The position numbers and the translations under genes are program-made. Of a DNA stretch of 64,000 nucleotides, positions 49,901 to 60,314 are shown one piece after another. This DNA is from Paraspadella gotoi. Lineage: Eukaryota > Animalia > Chaetognatha. Location: the NCBI GenBank assembly GCA_051294375.1, contig CM119264.1, forward strand, positions 15,907,245-15,971,244, given 5' to 3'. Positions within the stretch are counted from its first letter, which is position 1; each line of letters begins with the position of its first letter. Under the pieces are notes generated by a model, which had not been told where the DNA came from, did not search any database, and saw only the letters and a list, made by a program, of their open reading frames with translations.

Positions 49901-51191
49901 ATTAGGGAGTACACGGGTGTTGCGGTTCACTTCTTCTACACCCATCCTGGCGGCCGCCTCGACTCCCAGCTGCAGCGGCACTCGTCCGTATTCTCTGTCA
50001 CGATACTGGGCAAACATGCCGACAAGAAAAATCTTGTCTTTTTTGGTGACACCATTGAACCAGCGCTTCCAGCTATTCTGATTTGACTTGAGCCACTCAC
50101 AAGCGACATCGAAAATGACGTCATCGACGGCGCTACTTTTCTCAGCTCTCTTCAAGAGGTCAATATCACGGGACTTAGCCACTCGAGTCGCATTTATTAG
50201 CAATCCTTTGTATTCCGAGGTGGAAAGCTGCACGTTGCGCACGAGGTTAAAAGCAGGCAACGCACGCACACGAAGCAATGGCCAAGCGTATTTGTTGAGT
50301 TGGTGGCGTTTTGGGTGGAAACTTTCAGCGTTGATCTCGTGAAGAAGACGGTGGCACCGATGGTGATGAGAATTGTCGGCGTCAATACGCGAGTGTAGCA
50401 GCGACGAAGTGTCAATGCGAGCAAGTTTGTATTGAAAGTTAACCACGTCGAGATCCCAGGCCAGGAAAAGGACCGGCGAATTTGTTTTCAGTAACTCGGA
50501 CAGGGTACTCAAATACCTAGACCGAGTCACGTATACTACATTGATAGGGACACGCCAAATCTCGAGTTGGCAATTGAGCAAATCATTCTGACTTTGATTG
50601 CCCCCGCCGCTTTCGCTCTGAGCTGCGATATCAACGAAGGGAGCGAGAAGGTAAGAGCAGTTCGAACCATCCCTCTGTCAGGAAAATAAATCAAATTAAC
50701 TGTCGAAAATTAATAACTATAACTAAACTTTCAATACCTATTTTTAACGATAAATCTTTATAAATTTTTTAGTAGATTTAATTTCATTTTTTAAATATTG
50801 CTTTAGAAATAAAAGAACTAATCAAATAATAAAGAAATGTGTTGTGGAAGTTCATCCCACAAGTCGTCCTAGAATCAGCGGCGCCTGATTCACACAAAAT
50901 TGGCCACTGTCAGGACCTTTAGTGCAATGGACGGTGAGCTGCGAGCCGCAGGTCTTCCACAACACAAAATAATCAAGTCCCTATGTAGTATGTACCCAAT
51001 AACTTTAATAAAATTTGGAAAAGTCCCAAATTAATTTATTTTAAATAATTGAAATTGGCTACCATCTCGGCTCAAATCCAACTTGCCTTCGTGTCACAGC
51101 CGTAACCGGGGACGATATTACAATCCATTTCCTCAGAGCAAAACCACTTTCGAGAGTTAAATCGGTTTTGAAAAGTGCGGTTGAAAAGAAT
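18781..51191 (-). CDS. vkr: Venus kinase receptor (VFT plus insulin-receptor-like tyrosine kinase), 5'-partial. Exons: 51087-51191, 49532-50674, 49280-49464, 49022-49195, 48204-48399, 39221-39381, 38151-38466, 30609-30808, 26733-26833, 26450-26638, 18781-19997
   Basis: Exons sum to 3987 nt (1328 aa plus stop) with compatible phases and AG acceptors. Motifs: VFT (IVGPGCSE, ISYAS, FYRLVPS, GYQWFLPGW, YAYDAVW, FTGVSG), W-x-T-P-D-G-x-x-P-S-D-G linker, TM VLVANILGFGALLIVLAFGYVIY, and VKR-type kinase DEWEVPRDKVVVNRRIGEGAFG, EFMLYGDLKNYLLSRR, YEIVTFGSFPYQG. Confidence 0.92.
20313..21000 (+). mobile_element. Partial copy of the long-TIR element family (TAGGGCGTT... end)
   Basis: Terminus and internal sequence shared with 36686-37805 and 63186-64000. 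Confidence 0.6.
22496..23222 (-). mobile_element. TRIM (miniature LTR retrotransposon) family B with tRNA-like sequence in its LTRs (Helenus-like)
   Basis: LTRs at 22971-23222 and 22496-22753 (TGT...CATA), PBS TGGTGAGCCCTAC, purine-rich PPT, 4-bp TSD ATCG, A box TGGCTGAGCAGG and B box GGTTCAATCC(C) in each LTR. Confidence 0.85.
23602..24181 (+). mobile_element. TRIM family A, 3' LTR truncated
   Basis: LTR 23602-23833, PBS TGGTGAGCCCGAC, internal ~50-bp duplication, PPT AGAAGGAGGGGA, second LTR from 24016. Confidence 0.85.
24480..25035. repeat. 18-bp minisatellite (TTGACCAAATTATGCCAG)n; continues at 25825-25950 and recurs at 54950-55335
   Basis: Head-to-tail degenerate 18-mers, giving a 6-aa periodic ORF (LTKLCQ). 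Confidence 0.9.
25040..25822. mobile_element. ~780-bp MITE inserted in the minisatellite (second copy at 51369-52172)
   Basis: TIRs AAGGGTCATTCA...TGAATGACCCTT. A near-identical copy is nested in another element at 51.4-52.2 kb. Confidence 0.75.
26123..26356 (+). mobile_element. Solo LTR of TRIM family A
   Basis: TATGG...CTTCA, 234 bp, flanked by TTAT/TTAT; 72-nt tRNA-like segment at 26156-26227. Confidence 0.85.
26450..26638 (-). CDS. vkr: VKR exon: end of TM, juxtamembrane region, kinase Gly-loop
   Basis: TAG|CT...GGCG|GTATGT; encodes FGYVIYRQK...DEWEVPRDKVVVNRRIGEGAFG. Confidence 0.92.
26733..26833 (-). CDS. vkr: VKR exon: transmembrane helix
   Basis: TTAG|G...TTAG|GTGAAA; encodes SLAPLMNLFKLTECSTAVLVANILGFGALLIVL. 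Confidence 0.88.
27708..27750 (-). ncRNA. Minimal type I hammerhead ribozyme motif (Penelope-like-element type)
   Basis: Minus strand reads acg-CUGAUGA-a-gacuc/gaguc-GAAACAUGUC-cgu. Confidence 0.8.
28001..28044 (+). ncRNA. Minimal hammerhead ribozyme motif
   Basis: CTGATGA-agactc-gaaaacaa-gagtc-GAAACATGTC; inverted partner of 27708-27750. Confidence 0.78.
29456..29494 (-). ncRNA. Minimal hammerhead ribozyme motif
   Basis: Minus strand reads CUGAAGA-agacuc-gcauuca-gaguc-GAAACAUGUC. Confidence 0.75.
29672..30316 (+). mobile_element. Complete TRIM family A (645 bp) with tRNA-like sequence in its LTRs
   Basis: LTRs at 29672-29896 and 30083-30316, PBS TGGTGAGCCCGAC at 29898, PPT GGGAGGGGGGGA at 30069-30080, 4-bp TSD AAAC. 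Confidence 0.9.
30609..30808 (-). CDS. vkr: VKR exon: membrane-proximal ectodomain
   Basis: TTTCAG|AAT...TGCAG|GTTTGA; encodes VEWMTPDGNVPSDG...C. Confidence 0.88.
30860..31030 (+). mobile_element. Short LINE ORF2 C-terminal relic
   Basis: KLFYSNCVPILLYG..DMNKLNVAINDGVRKIFGF resembles the post-RT region of RTE-X-like LINEs. Confidence 0.55.
32045..33991. mobile_element. Foldback unit: inverted arms (32045-32928 and 33240-33991) around a ~310-bp GC-rich core, each arm carrying a hammerhead motif (32469-32512 minus, 33630-33671 plus); Penelope-like
   Basis: Arms are reverse complements; GACG-CTGAAGA-AGGCTT/AAGCC-GAAACATGTA-CGT. The unit is repeated after the gap at 34017-34900 (degenerate HHR at 34845-34890). 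Confidence 0.7.
35080..35760 (+). mobile_element. Degenerate Ty3/gypsy integrase relic (CsRN1-like)
   Basis: TTRAYHPQANEMVKRFHHTMKASL...VLFGLRSAPKEDLQAS.AELVFG and GPY/F motif PYLGPYKIVSRDDKTFTV; in-frame stops. Confidence 0.85.
36686..37805. mobile_element. ~1.1-kb MITE/foldback element with long TIRs
   Basis: TAGGGCGTTGAAAAATAACGAAATATAACAAATCAAG...CTTGATTTGTTAGATTTTGTTATTTTTCAACGCTCTA; partial copies at 14.0, 20.3 and 63.2 kb. Confidence 0.8.
38151..38466 (-). CDS. vkr: VKR exon: end of VFT plus basic insert
   Basis: TTCCAG|A...CCGCAG|GTGAGT; encodes DRDDVSIDVYQF then an insert containing RSKR. Confidence 0.82.
39221..39381 (-). CDS. vkr: VKR exon: VFT
   Basis: TTTAG|TAC...AACAG|GTAATG; encodes YAYDAVWMYAQALDKM...FTGVSGEINWF. 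Confidence 0.92.
40426..44420 (+). repeat. Inverted duplicate of 45317-49337, including frameshifted copies of VKR exons and a solo LTR (40804-41056)
   Basis: Near-identical reverse complement over ~4 kb that starts at an N gap; differences are mostly single-base indels. Confidence 0.9.
44272..45468. mobile_element. TIR element at the centre of the inverted duplication (related to the 25040-25822 MITE end)
   Basis: GGGATCACTCAATTCAAAT...ATTTGAATTGAGTGATCCC termini; shares GATTCCGAAAATGTATTCAC and AAAGAAACCTAT.TGAAGAGTTGCAG with the MITE. Confidence 0.6.
48204..48399 (-). CDS. vkr: VKR exon: VFT
   Basis: CCAG|A...GGCCAG|GTATTT; encodes TCTEEEMLKAINGYMFLDY...HATIYGQ. Confidence 0.88.
48697..48954 (+). 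mobile_element. Solo LTR related to TRIM family B
   Basis: TGTGGC...CGTTGCCATA, TSD CTAG/CTAG, B box GGTTCAATCCC. Confidence 0.8.
49022..49195 (-). CDS. vkr: VKR exon: VFT (GC donor)
   Basis: TTTAG|G...CAG|GCAAGT; encodes IIVGINFFDYVARRLLCLAYREKMT..GYQWFLPGW...WW. Confidence 0.88.
49280..49464 (-). CDS. vkr: VKR exon: VFT
   Basis: TTGCAG|GAC...TTAAG|GTTTTT; open and phase-compatible with both neighbours. Confidence 0.85.
49532..50674 (-). CDS. vkr: VKR exon: binding-protein-like N-terminal region plus VFT lobe I
   Basis: GACAG|AGG...CAA|GTAAGT, 381 codons; PVLFLAW, VACEWLKSN..SWKRW, AARMGVEEVN....LP, IVGPGCSE. Confidence 0.92.
50838..50966. mobile_element. 129-bp element with 13-bp terminal inverted repeats (MITE or tiny solo LTR)
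   Basis: TGTGTTGTGGAAG...CTTCCACAACACA with a GC-rich interior. Confidence 0.5.
51087..51191 (-). CDS. vkr: VKR exon: Cys-rich N-terminal segment (GC donor)
   Basis: TTTTCAG|ATT...AAG|GCAAGT, 35 codons ILFNRTFQNRFNSRKWFCSEEMDCNIVPGYGCDTK, joining RDGSNCSYLL in phase 0. Confidence 0.7.
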
Positions 51192-54100
51192 CTGAAAAAA
51201 TTAAAAGAAAAATATTCGGTTCAATTCATTAAGACACATTTGAATCCGACAATGTTTAAAATAAACAACCAGTCTGGGTGTCATTCTGTTCGTTTTTCCA
51301 AGCTCTTTTTAACTAAAAAAGTTTTATTTAAAAAAAAAAAAACTTTTTCGCCCGAGCCAGGGGTGTTAAGAGGAAAGGTCATTCAGCATAACAATACGTA
51401 ATTCATGATGTTATTAGAGCTAATAAATCGAGAAATACATTATAATCATCAGTAAGTTTTTATTTATATGTAAACATTCTGTTTTTAATCATTTTTTTTA
51501 AAATGGGTAAATAACAAAATTGTTAAGTTAAATGGGTAAGCACATTTTTTAAAAATTTGTTTTTCAATCTGGTTGTTAAAAATTTCTAGGTAAGAAGTTA
51601 AAACACGTATGGGTTAGTTTAGAAGGGGAGAATTAAACAATTAATCTCGTTACTCTGTTGTTTTCCAGTCATGAACAAATCTTCAGTTAAATAGATGGTA
51701 AAGAAATTCGATCTACAATGAGTCTACACTGAATTTGAAGAGTTGCACTCTAAACGACTACAATAATATTGAATTAAAAATTTTATTAGCAATCTTAAAA
51801 ACATTTGTAAAAATGTAATAGAGAGATATTTTTGATAAACGCGTTCCAGTTAGAAAGAATTCAGGGTTAAAGTTTAAAAACGTTTCATTTTCAAGGATAA
51901 AAGTTGAAATTTAAAATGTCTCTCTATTACATTTTTCTAATTCAGTAATAAAAAATTCATAAAAAATATCAGATGGATTGGCCTTTTCGTTTGACCTGCA
52001 ACTCTTCAGATAGGTTTCTTTATTTTATATTATATTAAAAACGATATAAAATGGGGTAGAATGCATCAAATGTTTAAAGTGAATACATTTTCAGAATCGC
52101 CAGGAGCTCAGCTTTCTGAATTTGTACTTCATTTTGGCCTATTTTGAATTTGAATTGAATGACCCTTTTTCTAAAAGAGCCAAAATATGAAATTTCACCT
52201 TTATGAGTATTTTTTAGCTTTTTTCAGTAAATTTTTTAATATAATTATCATTAATCAAGTTAATTACTAATGATACTGCTTTAAATTTATCATATTTATA
52301 ATTTTTTAAAACATTCATTTACAAAAAATATTTAGTTTAGGGCTTAAGCCAGGGGTATTAAAGAGCTAAAAATTTCTAAATTGTGTTTTTTAGTATTCTC
52401 AAATTATAATTTACTATTTTTTTAAGGATTACATATTTTAATCATGATAATAAAATATTTGATAATTTTAAATGGTTTTTTAAGTTAATTAACATAGTTA
52501 ATTAATTTTTTTATATATTAAAAGCAATTAAAACTATTATGACCTATTTCTAAAAAGTTTTTTTTAAAGATTCATCTTGTAAAACAAGCAATTCATAAAA
52601 TTTTCTAATCATATAATGAAATTTTTTGTTACAACAAGATATAATATTCAAATGATATCCACTATCCAGATTTTATGCGTATCGATAGAAATAATAATTT
52701 GTATGAACTGAAACTATGTTTAGTGTTATGGCAATTTTACCAAAATTAGGTTAAGGGTTAGTTTTTAGTTTTAACATTTGAGGTAGTTGTAATTCAGGTT
52801 GATAAGTAAAAGTTAGTATTACGATCAACAAGGTTGTTGTAGTTATACCCAAAGTTACAGATGAGAAAAGTTTTATGGGCGATGATAGGTTCAGGGTTCA
52901 TGCTTGGCCTTGGACGCGAAGCGGAGGTTAGGGCTAGGGGAGGGACTTATGTGGGATGCTAGGATAGAAATGATTTATATTTTAATTTAGACTTTAGAAA
53001 AACTTTTTTTTATTAAAAAAATGTTTATTAACATATTCATGGTTTGATCCTTTCTTTTTTGTTGATTACAAAGATTACAAAAAAAATTTAATGAATTTGT
53101 TAACAACGATATAAATAAAATTGTTAAGGTTCCGCGTACAAACGTTGCATTTAGGAAAAAAACTCGCATTATTTTCTTACCTTCTCTCGCTTCTCTTCAC
53201 GTTAATATCCTTTCCTCTCCTCTTTCTCCCTTACTTTCAACGCTGTCACTTACTATTTTTTCGGCCCCCACCTTTTTCTGCCTCTCATGCACTTTCCTCA
53301 CCTTTTTTTCCAATCTTCTTCTTTCCCTTTCTTTTCCCCTCTTTTTCTTCCATTTTACTTTCTTTTCTCACCCTTACATTGTTTCAGCCTATTGTTTTGT
53401 TGTCACGCACAGAATTTGCCTTCGTTGTTTGCTTGTCTATCCCTCCTCTTCTCGCATCTCTCGCACTATCTCCTTTTCTTGTTTTCCGTCTCGCACGTTA
53501 TTTCCGCCACTATTTTAACATTGAAACAAATCAAAAGAATTCTTTAATAGCATTAATACCAGGAGAGAAAATGAACGGTAGCGCATGATTTTTATTTCAT
53601 TCTGTCGAATCTGAGAAAAGAGCAGGACTACACTGACGCTTTTCCCATTGGGGTTGACGAAAGCGTATGTGAGAGAGTTTAAGTCGGGATACAGAGTCAG
53701 TTATTGATGACACAATCTCCTCTCATTAGTTTGTGACAAACCTAATAAATGAGTTGAAAACGATATATTCTCTTTAGTCGGAAAAAAATATTATGGCAAG
53801 AGGAGCAAAAAGTCAAAATTCAGATAAAGACGTCTTTAAAAAATTATTTGTGAGGCTAAACCAGAAGAAGTTTTTTTTTGATAATTTTATAGGTGTTAAA
53901 AGCTTAATCAAATAGGAGCACGTATATTTTCTGTTAATTTTAAAGAGGCCAGATTTGTAATATTACCATTTTTCTGTTACAAAATTTTGATAAACATGGA
54001 AACTGAACTTTTTGACTTGTTGTAACTTTAAATTAATTATCATAGGCAAAACTATAAATGAATTTTAAGCTAATAAATTTACCCAGGGGTAAAGAAGATA

Positions 54101-54213
54101 AGAAAAACGGATTTCCAAAGTACAAAAAATTTTTCTGGCAACTTTCCGCTGCATTCAAATCAGAAGTCGTTAATAAAAATGGACAAAACATGGACATATT
54201 TTAGTGCGAATTC

Positions 54214-57200
54214 GCTTATCAGCTAGATCCCGACTCTAATTGACCACATTTGTCGGACTATACGTCGGTCCGCCCCTCAATCATTGTCGGGCGCAGCACA
54301 CCTTATAACATGGTCAGGACATCGAATTATGATAAATAATGGCACAAAAAAATGATGTCCGTGCTGCCTGTCTGTCTGTCCGTCCCACCTTAGCAAAAAA
54401 CTCCAATTACGTCGTGATTGGATGGATGGATTGTATGAAATTTTGTGTGTGGTAGGGAAACTGTGTATTGAGTGGATATGAAGTTTCGAGTGGAATCGTC
54501 GAGTGGAAATGGTTTAAATGGAAAAACAAAAAAAATATTTCATATTTGAACGCTATCCATCCATTGATGTGGATAGGCAATGACCTGAAATTTTGTATGT
54601 GGTAGTGAAAGTGGTGTGTCTGCTGGAATCAAGTTTCGATGGAAATCGTTGGTGGGAAATGAGTAAAATGGAAAAAAACAAAAGTCATATTTACTTGAAG
54701 TATTTTTACTTTAAATTTATTCATAATTATTATGTTTATTAAAAATTGGATAGATAAATCGAAATTGAATTTTGTGTGTGGGTAGGAAGTATGTGATAAA
54801 GCTGGATATAAATTTTTGATGGATCGTAGGAGTGGAAAAGAGTTCAAATTAAAAACCAAAAGACACATTTATTTGAATTATTTAAAGTTTCTCTCTTCTA
54901 TCTCTCGTCTGATTGATGATTAATTGATTGATTGATGATTGAACACAAATTAGCCAATTGACAAAAATATGCAAGTGACCAATTATGCCAGTTGACAAAT
55001 CTGCAAGTGATCAAGTTTGCAGTTGACCAAATTATGCCTGTTGAACCAAATTATGCCAGTTGGACCGAAATGAGGCCAGTTGATAAAATTATGCCAGTTG
55101 ACCAAGATTTATCTTAAATTGATCAAATTATGGACAGTTGACCAAATTATGTCAGTGACCAAATTATGTCATGTTGACCCAAATTACTGTCAGTTGACCA
55201 AATTATGTCAGTTGACCAAACTATGTCAGTCTTGACCAAAATTATGTCAGTTGACCAAATTGATGTCATGCTTAACCCGAAATTATGTCTGTTGACCAAA
55301 TTATGCAAATTGATTAAATTATCAAGTTGACCCAGTTAGCTCATTACCACTTAATTATCGATTGACCTGGAATTTTGTATGTGAGTAGAAAAGTGTGTGA
55401 TTGAACAGGAAACCAAGTTCGATGGAAGTCTTTTGAGTAGAAATGAGTTTAATGGAAAAAACAAAAAACCTGTATTCACTATATTGTGAAAGAAGATTCC
55501 TGATGGGGGGTTTCTCAGTTTCAGCATGCAGAACATTGTTTGAGCCATGCTTAATCTCGACTAAATAACTCAATCCATATATCAAAAGATTAAAAATAAA
55601 TAATAACTTTATTTAGTATGTCAATATCCCAATAATCATTAAAAAACGTGATCAGAAGCACAGAGAACCAAAATCACAGCAGTAGAATAGAGCCTATACG
55701 CGGCAACAATAGCATGTAAATCGAGATGCAGCAACAGACACCGAGACGCAGACATCCAGGTAACAGCAGATCCAGGACGCCGCAACAGCTCACAAAAGCA
55801 CATAAAGCTTAAAATTTATATACCATATTCAATAATTACACAATATATTTTATACCTATGCGTCTACAGAGACATCTTCCCAAAATGAAGAAATTTACTC
55901 TTCCTTTATATACAAGATCACAATTATTACATACCAATGAAGGAGATCACAATTTAAGAATAACATTCCAAAACATCTACTAGTTATTAAACCATGAGAG
56001 ACCAATATTCAAATTCAAGGTATACAAATTCAACCAATTAAAGACTTTAAACAGAACTATTGGCAGTCATTCAATTTAAACTTTAAACTCAGAATTTGAA
56101 CCATTAAAAAAATAATGGTCAGGCTCATCAGATAAAAATCTTATAACTCTTTTAACAATTGATTATGATTTTTTTCCTTTTATATTAAAGTGTAATGCAG
56201 ATTGTATTAATAAAATCAAATAATTAATCAGATTAAATATACAAGTTATCAATTAATTAATCAATAATAATTAATCAGTCAATCAATCCTCTCCATACCT
56301 CCACCTTAGCAAAAACTCTAATAACTCTGACTGGTCTGGTGGATTGGAATGAAAATTTTGGTGTGGGTAGGAAAAGTGTTATAATAGCTGGATATTAAAG
56401 TTTGACGGATCGTCGTGGTGAGACTTAAGTAGAAAGTGATTAGTCAAAATATTAATATTTAACAATAAAAATCATAATTGGATGAAATTAGTCAAATTTT
56501 TCATGTTGGTAACATAATATTTGCTAGAATGATATAATATCACAAGTTTTCTGGTCAAGATTGCTGTAATTAAAATTCTTATATGATAAATGAAAAAAAT
56601 ATGATTCACATTTACTTGAACTTTTTACTTATTTTAAACCATAATAGATTAGATAAATTTTAGAGCTGGTAGGAAAGTGATAGTGCGAATTAGAATTAAA
56701 ATTTGACTGGAGATTCGGTTGCCAGGGAAATGAGTTTTAAATGAAGAAACATTTAAGCACATTTACTTGGGTCTTATAGCTATGTAATGACACGTAACCC
56801 GTGAGCGAGCAGGGTTTTCTAGTTGCTATATTTATTAGAGATTCGAAGAATGTAAATTAGTAATATTTTTATAGTGACATCACATTGAGCGTGAGACGTT
56901 GAAAGGAAGTAGACATAGGCTAGCAGGGAGATTTTCTAAGATACCTTGGAAAAAAAAAACTCAATTAAAAATAAGTTCAATATAATCTTAACATAACAAA
57001 TTACAAAATACATTTTAAATGCTTAACCGGTACTGTCACATCATTGTAACCTTATTCTTCATAGTTTTAGTGAAGCAATCTCTTTAAAGTCTTTGGTTAA
57101 GTACATATCATAATGTCAAAATCAAGAGGCGATTCAATTTATTTTATCGATCATAATACTGACATCAATATAATACTCCATTCGTATAAAAGGGCACAAC

Positions 57201-58900
57201 AACAGAATTACGAATCAATATAAAAGATCATATAACAACCAGTTATTCGTAACTAATATATATTAACTATTAATAGATTACTATTTATGAATTACATATT
57301 TCAGTAATTAACTGGAAGTAATGTGGTAATTTTAACTACAAAATAATACAAGTTGAATAAAATTGATGAAGAGAGAAAATGATGACAAGTTAAAAAAAAT
57401 CCCTAAAAAGCATATAAAGGATCGTCGCAGTAGCAAAAGAGAGAGAGAGAGAAGAGCAGGCAAAACTGACTAGCATAAGTCATCGCAATTGCGAAAGAGA
57501 GATAGAGAGAAAAAAAATTGAGCATTAGTGATCGTTGCAATACAAAGAGAGAGAGGGACGAGTAGAGAGAGAAAAGAGCAGAAAATGAGCATAACGATCG
57601 TTGACTGCAATACAAAGAGAAGAAAGAGTCCGAGATAAAAATTACGAATAAAAAAGTTATATTTCTTACTCACTTAATAAAAATACTTAAAATACTTACA
57701 AAATACATAAAGTTGATAAAATTATTATTCCGATAACATTGTTTAATCACATAAATATATCAGAAGGCGGCCCATTGAACACTTTTTATAACTTTTAGTT
57801 CTCTCATAAAAAATTTCTTTTTCCTTCTACTACTAAATCGATTTTCAATGTAATTTGAATTTTAGTTCATTGGGTTCATTCATTGAAAGCTTTTAAATAT
57901 TTATTAAATATTAACAAATGACAAAAAAATTTTTTAAATTTGATTTTTTTAAGATACGGTCTATGTATTTTTTGAGCTTAAAAGTTAAATGTAAAGTTGA
58001 GTACTTAATTTTTAAATTTTGACAATAAATGGTTAAAAATAAAAAAAACCTTAAAAATTATCATTATCATCAATTATTGGCTGAATTTTATTTTTTTTAA
58101 ATTTTTTATTAAATAAAACAACAAAATTTTAAAAAGTTGTATTAATTCACCTTTATCTAACTTTTAAAAATCTCTATCAGAAATCTATAAAAAAAAAATT
58201 TATAACGCAAACACTTTTAAAAATTATTGTCATTTCACTATTATTTACATAGTCCGCTCTTAACCATATTTATTTGAAATGAACTTCTAGTTTTCCAACT
58301 GTTCCGGTCCTAATATCTAGTAATGCGGCCAAAATGAACACCTTTCTATAACTTCTAGTGTTTCTGCTTTAAAAAATCTTTTTTCCTTTTACTACTTAAA
58401 CGATTTTCAATTGTAACTTATTTGAATCTAGTTCATTGGGTTGTTCCTTCGGAAGCTTTTAAATATTATTAATATATAATAATTATATCAAGTTTTGACG
58501 GAATGTTGACCAGTTGGAAATGAGTTTAGATGGAAAAAACATCAGTCCATTTACTTGAAATCTTTAATATTAATGATTACGAAATAAATTTTTAATTAAT
58601 TAATTAATTAATGTAAAAACAATGATGCAAGTTAAAAAATTCTTAATAAGATAATAAGATCGTCCTATTGCATAAAAACGAGAGATAGAGAGAGAGAGAA
58701 ACATAAAATAAAAAAGGATATTTAGTTCTTGATAAAATGATAAAAAAACATATATTAATAACTGTCCTAATCCGTCTAATTTAAAGGACATCGATAATGA
58801 AAGCTGAATAAATAAAATTAATTATTACATATTAAAATTTAATAATTATTAATTAATCTATTAATTAATTAATTATCGTAGGCAGATCCACATTGTTTCT
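54214..58900 (+). mobile_element. Composite HINE-like repeat block, inverted and indel-rich counterpart of sequences at 5.6-10.6 kb
   Basis: Starts with a degenerate GCTTATCAGC(T)AGATCCCGACTCT and ends GGCAGATCC.CATTGTTT; 57.4-58.9 kb mirrors 8.9-9.8 kb and 5.6-6.1 kb. Confidence 0.65.
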
Positions 58901-60076
58901 AAAACTGTGTGTTTCTAAAAGTTCCAAAATGGTACTTCTTTTATCATTAAGAAAAAATGTTTTTTCTAACCATCCTTCGTTGCCCTAATTTGTGTTCTGG
59001 ATACAAAGGTTAATCAAATTGTAAGAAAAATGACAATATTGGAAGAGTCNNNNNNNNNNNNNNNNNNNNNNNNNCAGACCAGTCTTTCACCATTCTAGTC
59101 GCTTTCTTTTAGCCTTCTTTTAGCCGATGTCATTCGATTCATAATCGTTTTATCTGGAAAATATTGGCTGTATGGAACCGTAGTTTTTATGGATCCAAGG
59201 ATATTTTTCTTTACTGAATTTATAGTACTGAAGACAGCACAGTGATAATTGTTATGTAGTTAGTGACAGAACCGTTCAAATCTCTCTCTTTTTTTTTTTT
59301 GGTCTTATTTAGTACTGAAAAAATATCTATCTCCAAAACGCCCAGTTGATAACGTAATTGATGATGTAATTGTCAATTGATGTGTTAAAAACATTTAAAC
59401 AATTAATTTTCATTTCAAATAATTAATTCCTCACATTCATTTCTAATCTCATACTTAGTGAGCGTCATCGGGGAGTGTAGAAAAATCGATGTTCTTCTGT
59501 TAGCAGTGGGCGATCCATGGCGTTCCAATAACAGTACTGATCTTCTCTAACACATAGCTTCTAACAAAAGATCAGTGTTTACTTCACGACGCCAAGTATC
59601 GCACGCGTACGACCTCTCTTTATAGGTCTGAGAAGGTCAACTAAATGACCAGGGAAAAATGACCGGACGCAAGGTCACAAAATATGTAGATGGCGTGAAT
59701 TGAAGTTACAATGGTTCCTGCAATGCCATCTATCATCTGCAGGAATTGAGCTGAAGTGGCGCTGACGTTGGCGCTAGTGACCTCAATTAATGTTTATTAA
59801 ATTCCGAGACATAAAATGAAGATAACCAACTTGCTTGGTTAGTTAATAAAATAAACCTTAATAAAATAATCAAAGCATATAGATATTCCATAGGCTAAGT
59901 AGCATTTAAGCAAGCAGACAGGGATTTTGATATGAAATCAAGGTGGAATTTATTTGTAGAATAACAATCAAGAAGACGGAGTCAATTTTGGGCAGAATGC
60001 TCAGATACAAATTCTACAGCTATTTATACATGTGGATAAGGCGCTAAGTGGGCAGAAGATGACTATCCGTAACTTC

Positions 60077-60314
60077 TATAACCCCCTCTAGCAGACATGG
60101 AACGGGTCCTGGGCTTGGAACCAGGCTTGAGGGTTTGCCAAGGCCCCAAGGCGGCTTACGGCCGTCCTCACTCTTCCCGCAGGGTAGGTACCGGGTTGGG
60201 ATTGAACCCGGTACCTAATGGTCATGAGCTGATGGCTTTACTTAATGAGCCACCGGGTCACGACTGAAGGATTCATGCTTAGAGGCGTGGTGAACTTTGC
60301 TATGCCCGACTACA
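60077..60314 (-). mobile_element. Probable solo LTR of a further tRNA-containing TRIM family
   Basis: Minus strand TGTAG...GGTTATA, 238 bp, imperfect flanking repeat ACTTC/ACTTA, A box TGGCTCATTAAG and B box GGTTCAATCCC. Confidence 0.55.

Noticed and set aside
51063-51191. Alternative GT donor (ATG|GTAGCC) and reading frame for this exon
   Set aside because: That frame is open but lacks the Cys pattern expected before CSYLL; the GC donor gives a phase-0 join with a better consensus. Not fully excluded.
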